Origin: the human T2T-CHM13v2.0 reference genome, Homo sapiens
DNA: 64,000 bases
Assembly (NCBI RefSeq): GCF_009914755.1
Contig: NC_060931.1
Strand: one strand, 5' to 3'
The notes under the pieces were generated by a model, which saw only the letters and a program-made list of their open reading frames with translations, made no database searches and was not told the origin of the DNA. Positions 47,612 through 61,700 of the stretch are shown one piece after another. Position 1 is the stretch's first letter. Every line of letters begins with the position of its first letter. A program made the translations under genes and the position numbers.

Positions 47612-50600
47612 AAAAACTAGACAGAAGCTTTCTGAGAAACTTCTTATTGATGTATGCTTTCATCTCACAGGGTTGAACCTCTCTTTTGACTGAACAGTTT
47701 GGAAATAATCTTCTTGTAGAGTCTGCAAATTTATATTTGGATCGCTTTGAGACCTATAGTGAAAAAGGAAATATCTTCACATAAAAACTAGACAGAAGGA
47801 TTCTGAGAAACTTCTTTGTGATGTGTGCATTCATCTCACAGATTCGAATCTTTCTTTTGATTGAGCAGTTTGGAAAGAGACTTTTCATAGAATCTGCATG
47901 GGGATATTTGTGAGCCCTTTTTGTCCTACGGTATAATAGGAAATATATTTAAATAAAAACAAGACAGAAGCATTCTGAGAAACTTCTTTCTGATGTGTGC
48001 ATTCATCTCACAGAGTTGAACATTTCTTTTGATTGAGCAGGTGGGAAGCTTTGTTTTTGAAGAATCTGCAAATGGATATTTGCAGCGATTTGAGTCCAAT
48101 GGTGAAATAGGAAATATATTCACATAAAAACTAGAGAGAAGCATTATGACAAACTTATTTGTGATGTGTGCATTCATCTCACAGAGTTGAACTTTTCTTT
48201 TGATAGAGCAGTTTGGAAACACTCTTTTTGTGGTATATGCAGAGGGATATTTGTGACCAGTTTGAGGCCTGGGGTGAAAAAGGAAATATCTTCACATAGA
48301 AACTAAACAAAAGCATTCTGAGAGACTACTTTGTGATGTATGTTTTCATCTCACAGAGGTGAAATTTCCTTTGATGGAGCAGTTTAGAAGCAGTCTTTTT
48401 GTAGTATCTGCAGAGGGATATTTGTGACAGGATTAAGGCTAGGGATGAAAAAGGCAATATCTTCATATAAAAACAGGACAGAATCGTTCTGAAAGACTTC
48501 TTTGTGATGTGGGCATTCATCTCACAAAGTTGAACATTTCTTTTGATTGAGCAGCTTGGAAACACTCTTTTTGTAGAATCTGCAAATGGATATTTGGAGT
48601 GCTTTGAGGCCAACGGTGAAAAAGGAAATATTTTCACATAAACACTAAACAGAAGCCTTCTGAGAAACATATTTGGATTGTGTTCATTCATCTCACAAAC
48701 CTGAAATTTCTTTTGATTGAGCAGTTTGGAAACAGTCTTTTCGTAGAATCTGCCAAGGGATACTTGTGATCCCATTGCGGCCTATGTGGAAATATGAAAT
48801 ATCTTCACATAAAAACTGGACAGGAAGTTTCTGAGAAACTTCTTTGTGATGTGTGCTTTCATCTCACTGAGTTGAAACTTTCTTTTGATTGAGTGGTTTG
48901 GAAAGAGCCTTTTTGTACAATCTACAAATGGATATTTGGAGCGCTTTGAGGCCTAAGTTGAAAAAGGAAGTATCTTCACATAAAAACTAGACAGAAGCAT
49001 TCAGAGAAACTTCTTTGTGATGTGTGCATTCATGTCACAGAGTTGAACCTTTTGTTTGAGCAGTTTTGAAACAGTCTTTTTGTAGTATCTACAAGTGGAT
49101 ATTTGGAGTGTTTTGAGACACATGGCTGACATGGAAATATGTTCACATAAAAACTAGACAGAAACATTCTGAGAAACTTCTTTGTGATATGTGCATTCAT
49201 CTCACAGAGGTGAACATTTCTTTAGATTGAACAGTTTTGAAACATTCTTTTTCTTAGAATCTGCAGGTGGATATTTGGAGTGGTTTGAGACCTGTGGTGG
49301 AAAAGGAAATATCTTCACATAAAAACTAGACAGAAGCATTCTGAAAAACTTCTTTGTGATGTGAGCATTCATCCCACAGAGTTGAACTTTTCTTTTCATT
49401 GAGCAGTTTTGGAAACCTCTTTTTGTAGAATTTGCATGTGTATATTTTGAGCACTTTGTGGCCTAAAGTGGAAAAGGAAATATATTCACATATATACTAG
49501 ACAGAAACATTCTGAGAAACTTCTTTATGATGGGTGCATTCACATCACAGAGTTGAAAGTTTCTTCTGATTGAGCAGTACGGAAACAGTCGATCTGTAGA
49601 ATCTGCAATGGGATATTTGTAAGCCCATTGAGGCCTATGGGGAAATAGGAAATATATTCACATAAAAATTAGACAGAAAATTTGTGAGAAACTTCTTTGT
49701 GATTTGTGCTTTCATCTCAGAGAGCTGAAACTTTCTTTGATTGAGCATTTTGGAAACAGTCTTTTTGTAGAATCTGCAAGTGGATATTTGTAGTGCTTTG
49801 AGGCCTATGGCGAAAAAGGAAATATCCTCACATAAAAACTAGACAGAAGCATTCTGAGAAACTTCTTTGTGATGTGTGCATTCATCTCACAGAGTTGAAC
49901 CTTTCTTTTGATTGAGCAGTTTCAAAATACTCTTTAATAGAATCTGCATGTGGATATTTGGAGCACTTTGAGGCCTATGATGGAAAAGGAAATATCTTCA
50001 TATAAAAACTAGACAGAAGCATTCTGAGGAACATCTTTGTGATGTGTGCATTCATCTCAAAGAGTTGCACCTTTCTTTTGATGGAGCAGCTTAGAAGCAG
50101 TCTGTTTGTAATATTTACATTGGTATATTTGGGACAGGTTTAAGGCCAGGGGTGCAAAAGGCAATATCTTCACATAAAAACCATACAGAATAATTCTGCG
50201 AAACTTCTTTGTGATGAGGGCATTCATCTCACAGAAATGAACCTTTCTTTTGCTTGAGAAGTTTGGAAAGGTTCTTTTTTTAGAATCTTCAAATGGATAT
50301 TTGGAGTGCTTTGAGGTCTATGATGTAAAAGCAAATAGCTTCACAAAAACACTAACCAGAAGTTTTCTGAGAAACTTATTTGGATCGTGTGCATTCATAT
50401 CACAAACCTGAACTTTCTTTTGATTCAGCAGTTTGGAGGTAGTCTTTTCATAGAATCTGCAAAGGGATATTTGTGAGCCCATTGAGACCTATGGGGAAAT
50501 AAGAAATATCTTCACATAAAAACTAGACAGTAACTTTCTGAGAAACCTCTTTGTGATGAGTGCTTTCATCTCACAGAGTTGAAACTTTCTTATGACTGAG

Positions 50601-53600
50601 CAGTTTGGAAACAGTCTTTTTGTAGAATCTGCAAGTAGATATTTGGAGTGCTTTTAGGCCTATCATGGAAAAGGAAATATCTTCACCTAAAACCCAGACA
50701 GAAGCATTCTGAGAAACTTCTTTGTGATGTGTGCATTCATGTCACAGAGTTGAACCTTACTTTTGATGGAGCAGTTTTGAAACAGTCGTTTTATACAATC
50801 TGCAGAGGGAGATTTGTGAGCCCATTGAGGCCTATGGGAAATAAGAAATGTCTTCACAGAAAAATTAGACAGAATATTTCTGAGAAACTTCTTTGTGACG
50901 TGTGCTTTCATCACACAGAGTTGAAACTTTCTTTTGATTGAGCATTTTGGAAACAGTCTTTTTACGGAATCTGCAAATGGTTGTTTGGAGCACTTTGAGG
51001 CCTATGGTGAAAAACAAAATATCGTCACTTAAAACTTGACTTAAGCACACTGAGAAACTCCTCTGTGATGTCTTCTTTCATCTCACAGAGTTGAACTTTT
51101 CTTTTGATTGAGCAGTTTGGAAGCAGTCTTTTTGTAGTATCTGGAAGTGGATATTTGGAGCGCTTTGAGGTCTATGGTAAAAAAGGAAATATCTTCGCCT
51201 AAAAACTAGACAGAAGCATTCTGAGAAACTTCTCTGTGATGTGTGCATTCATCTCAAAGAGTTGAAACTTTCTTTTGATTCAGCAGTCTTGAAATACTCT
51301 TTTTGTAGAATCTGAAATTGGATATTTGAAGCACTTTGAGGCCTCTGGTGGAAACGGAAATATCTTCATATAAAAATTAGTCGGAAGCATTCTGAGAAAC
51401 TACTTTGTGATGTGTGCATTGAACTCACAGAGTTGAACCTTACTTTTGATTGAGCAGTTTGGAAAAACTCTTTTTGGAGAATCTGCAAATGGATAATTGG
51501 AAGGATTTGAGGACTATGGTGAAAAAGGAAATATCTTCACATGATAACTAGACAGAAGCATTCTGAGAAACTTCTTTGTGATGTGGGCATTCATATCACA
51601 GTTGAGCCTGTCTTTCGAGCGAGTAGCTTTGAAACCCTCTTTCTGTGCAATCTGCAAGTAGATATTTGTAGTGCTTTGAGGCCTATGGTGGAAAAGGAAA
51701 TACCTTCACATAAAAACTAGACAGAAGCATTCTGAGAAACTTCTTTGTGATGTGTGCATTCACCTCACAGAGTTGAACCTTTCTTTTGATTGAGCAGTTT
51801 TCAAACAGTCTTTTTGGACTATCTGGAAATGAATATTTGGAGTGTTCTGAGGCCTATGGTGGAAAAGGAAATATCACATAAAAACTAGACAGAAGCATTC
51901 TGAGAAACTACTTTGTGATGTGTGCATTCATCTCACAGAGTTGAAACTGTCTTTTGATTGAGGAGTTTGGAAACCATCTTTTTTGTAGATTCTGCAAAGG
52001 GATAATTTGTGAGCCCTTTGAGGCCTCTGGGGAAACAGGAAATATCTTCAAATAAAAACTAGACAGAAGCATTCTGAGAAAATATTTGTGATGTGTGCTT
52101 TCTTTCCACAGGGTTGAAATTTTCTTTTGATTGAGCAGTTTGGAAAGAGTCTTTTGTAGAATCTGCAAATGGATATTTGGAGTGCTTTGTGTCCTATGGT
52201 GGAAAAGGAAATATCTTCACATAAAAACTAGACAGAAGCATTCTGAGAAACTACTTTGTGATGTGTGCATTCATCTCACAGAGTTGAAACTATCTTTTGA
52301 TTGAGGAGTTTGGAAACCATCTTTTTCTAGAATCTGCAAATGGATAATTTGTGAGCCCTTTGAGGTCTCCGGGGAAATAGAAAATATCTTCAAATAAAAA
52401 CTGGACAAACCATTCTGAGGAGCTTCTTTGTGGTGTGTGCTTTCCTCTTGCAGAGGTGAAACTTTCTTTTGATTGAGCAGTTTGGAGACAGTCTTTTTGT
52501 AGAATCTGAAAATCTGAAAATGGATATTTAGAGCAATTTGAGGTGTATGGTGGAAAAGGAAACACCTTCACAGAAAAAGTAGACGGAACCATTCTGAGAA
52601 ACTTCTTTGTGATGTGTACATTCATCTTAAAGAGTTGAACCTCTCTTTTGAATGAGCAATTTTGAAATAATCTTTTTGTAGGATCTGCAAGTGGAGATTT
52701 GGACTCCTTTAGTCCTATGGTAGAAAAGAAAATATCTCCACATAAAAACTAGACAGAAGCATTCTGAGAAACTCCCTTGTGATGTGTGAATTCATCTCAC
52801 AGAGTTGAACCTTTCTTTTGATTGAGCAGTTTTGAAACACTCTTTTTGTAGAATCTGCAAGTGGATATTTAGAGCGATTTGAGGCCTATGGTGGAAAAGG
52901 AAATATCTTCACATGAAAACTACACAGAAGCATTCTGGGAAACTACTTTGTCATGTGTGCATTCATCTCACAGAGTTGAACCTTTCTTTTGATTAAGCAG
53001 TTTGGAAACGCTCTTTTTGTAGAATCTGCAAAGGGAAATTTTTGAGCCAATTGAGGCCTATGGGGAAATAGGAAATATCTTCACATAAAAACTAGACAGA
53101 AACTTTCTGAGAAACTTCTTAGTGTTTTGTGCATTTATCTCATAGAGATGAACCTTTCTTTTGATTGAGCGGTTTTGAAACAGTCTTTTTATAGTATCTG
53201 CAAGTGGATATGTGGAGTGATTTGAGGCCTATTTTTGAAAAGGAAATATCTTCACATAATATCTGGACTGAAGCATTCTGAGAAACTTCTTTGTGATGTT
53301 TGCATTCATCTCACAGAGTTGAATATTTCTTTTGATTGAATAGTTTGGAAATAGTTGATTTGTAGAATTTGAAAAGGGAAATTTGTGAGCCCATTGAGGC
53401 ATTTGGGGAAATCAGAAATATCTTCACATAAAAGCTCGACATGAACAATTTAAGACGCTACTTTGTGATGTGAGTTTTCATCCCACAGAGTTGAAACTTT
53501 CTTTTGATTGAGCAGTTCAGAAACAGTCTTTTTGTAGAATCTGAAAAATGCATATTTGGAGTGCTTTGAGTCCCATGGTGAAAAAGGAAAAATCTCATAA

Positions 53601-56600
53601 AAACAAGGCAGAAGCATTCTGAGAAACTTCTTTGTCATGTGTGCATTCATCTCACAGAGTTGAACATTTCTTTTGATTGAGTTGTTTTGAAAAAGTCTTT
53701 TTGTAGTATCTGGAAATGGATATTCGGAGTGCTTTGAGGCCTACGGTGGAAAAGGAAATATCTTTGCATAAAAACTAGACAGAAGCATTCTGAGAAACTA
53801 CTTTGTGATGAGTGCATTCATCTCACAGAGTTGAAACTTGCTTTTTATTGCGCAGTTTGGAAACAGTCTTTTTTATAGAAGCTGCAAAGGGATATTTGTC
53901 AGTCCCTTGTGGCCTCTGGGGACATAGGAAATATCCTCAGAGAAAAGCTAGACAGACGCATTCTGAGAAATTTCTTTGTGATGTGTGCTTTCAGTCCACA
54001 GAGTTGAAACTTTCTGTTGATTGAGCAGGTTAGAAAAAGTCTTTTTGTAGAATATGTAAATGGAAATTTGGAGCACTTTGAGGCCTATAGTGAAAAAGGA
54101 AATACCGTCACATAAAAACTAGACAGAAGCATTCTGAGATACTCCTTTGTGATGTGTGCATTTATCTCACAGAGTTGAACATTTCTTTTGATTGAGTAGT
54201 TTGGAAACAGTCTTTTTGTAGTATCTGCAAATGGATATTTGGAGATCATTGAGGCCTACAGTGAAAAAGAAAATAACTTCAGATAAAAACTAGACAGAAG
54301 CATTCTGAGAAACTGCTTTGTGATGTGTGCATTCATCTCACAGGGTTGAACGTTTCTCTTGATTGAGCAGTTTGGAAACAGTCTTTTTGTGATATATGCA
54401 TATGGATATTTGAATGCTTTGAGGCCTATGGTGAAAAACAAATATCTTCACATAAAAACTAGACAGTAGCATTCTCAGAAACTTCTTAGTGTTATGTGCA
54501 TTCATCTCACAGTGTTGGACATTTCTTTTCATTGAGCAGTTTAGAAAAAGTCTTTTTGTAGTATATGCAAATGGATATTTGGAGCACTATGAAACCTATG
54601 GTGAAAAAGGAAATATCTTCACATAAAAACTAGACAGAAGCATTCTGAGAAACTTCTTTGTGATGTGTGCATTCATCACACAGCGTTGAACGTTTCTTTT
54701 GATTGAGCAGTTTGGAAGGAGTCTCTTTGTAGTATCTGCAAACGGATATTTGGAGTGCTTTGAAGCAAATGGTGAAACAGGAAATATTTTTACATAAAAA
54801 CTAGACAGAAGCGTTCTGAGGAACTTCTTTGCGATGTGTGCATTCGTCTCACAGAGTTGAACCATTCTTTTGATTGAGCAGATTTGAAACTCTCTTTTTG
54901 TAGAATCTGCAACTGGATATTTGAAGTGCTTTGAGGCCATGGTGGAAAAGGAAATATCTTCATATAAACACTAGACAGAAGCATTCTGAGAAAGTTCTTT
55001 GTGACGTGTGCATTCATCTCACAGATTTGAATCTTTCTATTGACTGAGCAGTTTGGAAACCGTCATTTTGTAGATTCTGCAAAGGGATAATTGTGAGCTT
55101 ATCTCTGAGGTTTATGGGGAAATAGGAAATATCTTCACATAAAAACTAGACAGAAAGTTTCTGAGAAACTTCTTTGAGATGTGTGCTTTCGTCTCACAGA
55201 GATGAAACTTTCTTTTGATTGAGTAGGTTGAAAACAATCTGTTTGTAGAATCTGCAAATGGATATTTGGAGCGCTTTTAGGCCTATGGTGAAAAAGGAAA
55301 TATCTTCACATAAAAAATAGACGGAAGCATTCTGAGAAACTTCTTTGTGATGTGTGCATTCGTCTCACAGAGTTGAACTTTTCTTTCGATTGAGCAGTTT
55401 GGAAACAGTCTTTTTGTTGTATCTGTTAATGGATATTTGGAGTGCTTTGAGGCCTATGGTGAAAAAGGAAATATCTTAACATAAAAACGAAAGATAATCC
55501 TTTTGAGAAACTTCTTTGTGATGTGTGCTTTCATTTCACAGAGTTGAACCTTTCTTTTGATTGAGCAGTTTGGGAACACTGTTTTTGTAGAATCTGCAAG
55601 GGGATATTTGGAACTCTTTGAAGGCTTTTATGGCATGGGGAATATCTTCACCTAAAAACTAGATCGAAACATGCTAAGAAACTTCTTTGTGATGGATGGG
55701 TGCATTCATCTGACACAGTTGAATATTTCTTTTGATTGAGCAGTTTAGAAGCAGTCATTTTGTAGAATCTGCAAAGGGATATTTGTGAGCCCATTGACGC
55801 CTATGGGGAAATAGGAAATATCTTCATATAAAAACTAGAGAGAAATTTTTTGAGAAAGTTCTTTGTGAGGTGTGCTTTCATCTCACAGATTTGAAACTTT
55901 CTTTTGGTTGAGCAGTTTGGAAACAGTCTTTTTGTAGAATCTACAAATGGATATTTTGAGTGCTTTGAGGCCTATGGTGAAAAAGGAAATATCTTCACAT
56001 AAAAACTAGACAGAAACATTTTGAGAAACTTCTTTTGGATGTTTTCATTCATCTTACAGTCTTGAACCTTTCTTTTGATTGAGTAGTTTGGAAATAGTCT
56101 TATTGTGGTATCTGCAAATGGATATTTGGAGCGCCTTGAGGCCTATGGAGAAACGGGAAATATCTTAACATTAAAATGAGACAGAAGGCTTTTGAGAAAC
56201 TTCTTTGTGATGTGTGCTTTCATTTCAGAGAGTTGAACCTGTCTTTTGATTGAGCAGTTTGGGAACACTCTTTTTGTAGAATCTCCAAGTGGATATTTGG
56301 AACGCTTTTAGGCCTATTGTGGAAGAGGAAATATTTTCACCTAAACACTAGACAGAAGCACTCTGAGAAACTTCTTTGTGATGGGTTCATTCATCTCACA
56401 GAGTTGAATATTTCCTTTGATTGAGTAGTTTTGAAACAGTCATTTTGTAGGATCCGCAAAGGGATACTTGTGAGCCCTTTGAGGCCTATGGGGAAATAGG
56501 AAATTTCTTGACATAAAAAGTAGACAGAAGCATTCTGAGAAACTTCTTTGTGATGTGTGTTTTCATACCACAGAGTTGAAACTTTCTTTTGATTGAGCAG

Positions 56601-58775
56601 TTTGTAAACAGTGTTTTTGTAGAATCTGCAAATGGATAGTTGGATTGCTTTTAGGCCTATGGTGAAAAAGGAAATATCTTCACATAAAAACTAGACAGAA
56701 CAATTCTGAGAAACTTCTTTGTGACGTGTGCATTCATCTCACAGTGTTGAACGTTTCTCTTGATTGAGCAGTTTGGAAAAAGTCTTTTTGTAGTACCTTC
56801 AAAAGGATATTTGGATCGCCTTGAAGCCTACAGTGAAAAAGGAAATATCTTCACATAATGACTAGACCAAAGCATTCTGAGAAAATTCTTTGTGATGTGT
56901 GCATTCATCTCACAGAGTTGAACATTTCTTTTGATGGAGCAATTTGGATACAGTTGTTTTGAAGAATCTGTGGAGGGATATTTGTGAGCTCACTGAGGCC
57001 TATGGGAAGTAGAAAATATCTTCACATTAAAACTAGACAGAACCTTTCTGAGAAACTTCTTTGTGATGTGTGCTTTCGTCTCACAGAGTTGAAACTTTGT
57101 TTTGGTTGAGCAGTTTGGAAACAGTCTTTTTATGGAATCTGCAAATGGATATTCGGAGCGCTTTGAGGCCTATGGTGAAAAAGGAAATATCTTCACATAA
57201 AAACTAGGCAGAAGCATTCTGAGAAACTTCTTTGTAATGTGCACCTTCATCTCACAGACATGAACCTTTCTTTTGATTAAGCAGTTTAGAAACCGTCGTT
57301 TTGTAGAATCTGCAAAGGCATATTTCTGAACCCATTGGGGCCTAAGGAGCAATAGGAAATATTGTCACATAAAAACTACACTGAAACGTTCTGAGAATCT
57401 TCTTTGTGATGTTTCAAGGAGTTGAAACTTTCTTTTGATTGACTAGATTGGAAAGAGTCTTTTTGTAGAATCCTGAAATGGATATTTGGAGTGCTTTGAG
57501 GCATATGGTGAAAAAGGAAATATCTTCACATGAAAACTAGACAGAAGAAATTGGAGAAACTTTTCATGATGAGTGCATTCATCTCACAGAGTTGAACCTT
57601 TCTTTTGATTGAGGAGTTTGGAAAGAGTCTTTTTGTAGTATCTGCAAGTGGATATTTGGAGCACTTTGAGTCCTATGGTGGATAAGGAAATATTTTCACA
57701 TCAAGCTAGACAGAAGCAGTCTGAGAAACTTCTTTTTGATGTGCTCATTTATGTTACAGGGAAGCTTTCTTTTCATTGAGCAGTTTTGAGACACTCTTTT
57801 TGTGGAATCTGCAAGTGGATACTTGGAGCTCATAGAGGCCTGTGGTGGAAAAGGAAATATGTTCACATAAAAACTAGACAGAAACATTCTGAGAAACTTC
57901 TTTGTGAAGAGTGCATTCATCTCACAGAGTTGGAAATTCCTTTTGATTGAGCAGTTTGGGATCAGTCGTTTTGAAGCAGCTGCAAAGGGATATTTGTGAA
58001 CTCAATGAGGCATATGGGGAAATAGGAAATATCTTCACATAAAAACTAGACAGAAACTTTCTGAGAAACTTCTTTGTGATATGTGCTTTCATCTCACAGA
58101 GTTGAAACTTTCTTTTGATTGGGCAGTTTGGAAACAGTCGATCCTTAGAATCTGCATAGGGACATTTATTAGCCCATTGACGATGCTGGGGAAATAGTTT
58201 ATATCTTCACATAAAAACTAGACTGAAACTGTCGGAGAAACTTTTTTGTCATGTGTGTTTTCATCCCACAGAGTTGAAATTTTCTTTTGATTGAGCAGTT
58301 TGGAAACATTCTTTTTGTAGAATCTGTAAATGGATATTTGTAGCACTTTGAGGCCTATTGTGAAAAATGAAATATCTTCACATAAAAACTACACAGAAGG
58401 ATTCTGAGAAAGTTCTTTGTGATGTGCACATTCACCTCACAGAGTTCAAACTTTCTTTTGATGGAAAAGTTTGGAAACAGTCGTTTTGTAGATTCTGCAA
58501 AGGGATATTTGTGCACCCATTGAGGCCTACGTAGAAATAGGAAATATATTCTCATAAAAACTAGACAGAAGCATTCTGAGAAACTTCTGTGTGATGTGTG
58601 CATTCATCTCACACAGTTGAACTTTTCTTTTGATTGAGCAGTTTTGAAAAAGTCTTTTTCTATATCTGCAAGTGGATATTTGGAGTGATTTGAGGTCTAT
58701 GGAGGAAAAGGAAACATCTTTACATAAAAACTAGTCAGAAGCATTCTGAGAAATTTCTTTGTGATGTATGCATTC
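47612..58775 (+). repeat. Monomeric alpha-satellite, forward orientation
   Basis: Alphoid monomers. From ~48.7 kb the variants CTATGGGGAAATAGG, GCAAGTGGAT and GGTGGAAAAGG become common. Confidence 0.97.
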
Positions 58776-61700
58776 TACTTGTAGATTCTACAAAAGGAGT
58801 GTTTCAAAACTGCTAAATCAAAAAAAGGTTCAAGGCTCCAAATGTCCACTTGTACATTCTACAAAAAGAGAGTTTCAAAACTGCTCAAACAAAAGAAAGG
58901 TTTAAATCCATGAGATGAATGAACACATCACAAAGAAGTTTCTCAGATTGCTTCTGTCTAGATTTTACGTGAAGATATTTCCTTTTATAACATAGGCCAC
59001 AAAGCACTCCAAATGTCCACTTGCAGATTCTACAAAAACAGAGTTTCAAAACTGCTCAATCAAAACAAAGGTTTAACTCTGTGAAATGAATGCACACATC
59101 ACAAAGAAGTTTCTCAGATTGCTTCTGTTTAGATTTTATGTGAAGATATTTCCTTTTGAAATGTAGGCTGAAAAGCGCTCCAAATGTCCACCTGTAGATT
59201 CTACAAAAAGAGAGTTTCAAAACTGCTCAATCAAAAGAAAGGTTCAACTCTGTGAGATGAATGAATACATCACAAAGAAGTTTCTCAGAATGCTTCTGCC
59301 TAGTTTTTATGTGAAGAGATTTCCTTTTCATCTATAGGACTCAAAGTGCTCAAAATATCCATTGGCTGATACAACAAAAAGAGTGTTTCCAAACTGCTCA
59401 ATCAAAAGAAAGCTTCAACTCTGTGAGTTGAATGCGCACATCACAAAGTAGTTTCTGAGAATACTTCTGTCTAGTTTTTAGGTGAAGAGTCTTCCTTTTC
59501 GGCTATAGGCCTCAAAGCACTGTAAATATCCATTTGAAAATACTTCAAAAAGAGTGTTTCAAAACTGCTCAATCAAAAGGAAAGTTCAACTCTGTGAGAT
59601 GTATGCACACATCACAAAGAATTTTCTCAGGATGCTTCTGCCTAGTTTTTATGTGAAGATATTTCCTTTCAGCTATAGACCTCAAAGCACTCCAAATATC
59701 CATTTGCAGATACTACAAAAAGTGTTTCCAAACTGCTCAAAGAAAAGAAAGCTTCAACTCTGTGAGGTGAATGCACACATCACAAAGTAGTTTCTGAGAA
59801 TGCTTCTGTCTAGTTTTTATGTGAAGATATTTCCTTTTCCACCATAGGCCTCAAAGTGCTCCAAATAGCCACTTTCAGATTCTACGAAAAGAGTGTTTCA
59901 AAACTGTTCAATCAAAAGAAAGTCTCAACTGTGTAAGATGAATGCACACATCACAAAGAAGTTTCTCAGGATGCTTCTCTCTAGTTTTTACGTGAAGATA
60001 TTTCCTTTAAGCTATCGGCCTCAAAGCACTCCAAATATCCATTTGCAGACAGTACATAATGAATGTTTCCAAACTGCTTAACCAAAAGAAAGCTTCAACT
60101 CTGTGAGTTGAATGCTCACATCACAAATAAGTTTCTGAGAATGCTTCTATTTTTTATATGAAGATATTTCATTTTCAGCTATAGGCTTCAAAGCGCTCAA
60201 AATATTCATTTGTAGACACTACAAGAAGAGTTTTTCCAAACTGCTCAATCAAAAGAAAGGCTCAGCTCTGTTAGTTGAATGCCTTCATCACAAAGGAGCC
60301 TCTGAACATGCTTTTGTCTTGTTTTTATGAGAATGTACTTCCTTTTCCACTGTAGAATTAAAAGCACTCCAATAATCCACTTTCAGATTCTACAAAAAGA
60401 GTTTTTCTAAACTTCTCAATCAAAAGAAAGGTTCAACTCTGTGAGTTGAATGCACACATCACAAAGAAGTACCTGAGAATGCTTCTGTCTAGTTTTTATG
60501 TGAAGATATTTGTTTTCCACCGTAGGCCTCAAAGCGCTCCAAATACCGACTTGCAGATTCTACAAAGGAGTGTTTCAAAACTGCTCAATCAAAAGAGAGG
60601 TTCAACACTGTGAGATGAATGCACACACCACAAAGAATTTTCTGAGAATGCTTCTGTCTAGTTTTCATTTGAAGATATTTCCTTTTCCACCAGAGGCTTC
60701 AAAGTGCTCCAAATATCCACTTGCGAATTCTGCAAAAAGACTGTTTCAAAACTCCTCAATCAAAAGAAAGGTTCAACTCTGTGAGATGAGTGCTTACATC
60801 ACAAAGAAGTTTCTGAGAATGCTTCTGTCTAGTTTTTATGTGAAGATACTTTCTTTTCAGCTATAGGCCTAAAACACTCCAAATATCCATTTGCAGATAC
60901 TACAAAAAGAGTCTTTGCAAACTGATCAAACAAAAGAAAGGTTCAACTCTGTGAGATGAATGCACACATCACAAATTAGTTTCTCAGAATGCTTCTGACT
61001 AGTTTTTATGTGAAGAGATTTACTTTTCACCTATAGGCCTCAAAGTGCACAAAATATCCATTTGCAGATACTACAAAAAGAGTGTTTCCAAACTGCTCAA
61101 TCAAAAGAATTGTTCAACTCGGTGAGTTGAAACCACACATCAGTAAGAAGTATCTGAGAATGCTTCTGTCTAGTTTTTATGTGAAGATATTTCCTTTTCC
61201 ACCATAGGCCTCAAAGCGCTTCAAATATCCACTTGCAGATTCTGCAAAAAGAGTGTTTCCTAACTGCTCAATCAAAAGTGTGGTTCAACTCTGTGAGATG
61301 AATGCACACATCACAAACAAGTTTCTCAGAATGCTTCTGTCTTGTTTTTATGTCAAGATATTTCCTTTTCAGTTACAGGAGTCAAAGCTCTCCAAATATC
61401 CACTTGCAGATACTTCAAAACGTTTGTTTCCAAACTGCTTAATGAAAAGAAAGGGTCAACTCTCTGAGTTGAGTGCACACATCACAAAAGAGTTTCTGAG
61501 AATGCTTCTGTCTAGATTTATGTGAAGATATTTCCTTTTCCACCAAAGGCCTCAAAGCGCTCCAAATATCCACTTGCAGATTCTACAAAAAGTGCATTTC
61601 AAAACTCCTCAATCAAAAGAAAGCTTCAGTTCTCTGAGATGAATACACACATCACAAAGAAGTTACTGAGAATTCTTCTGTATAGTTTTTATGTGAAGAT

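Noticed and set aside
56142-56160. Possible CENP-B box (CCTATGGAGAAACGGGA); a similar case at ~51343-51360
   Set aside because: Both lack the TTCG half. My scan was by eye, so a motif search should confirm that no box exists in the window.
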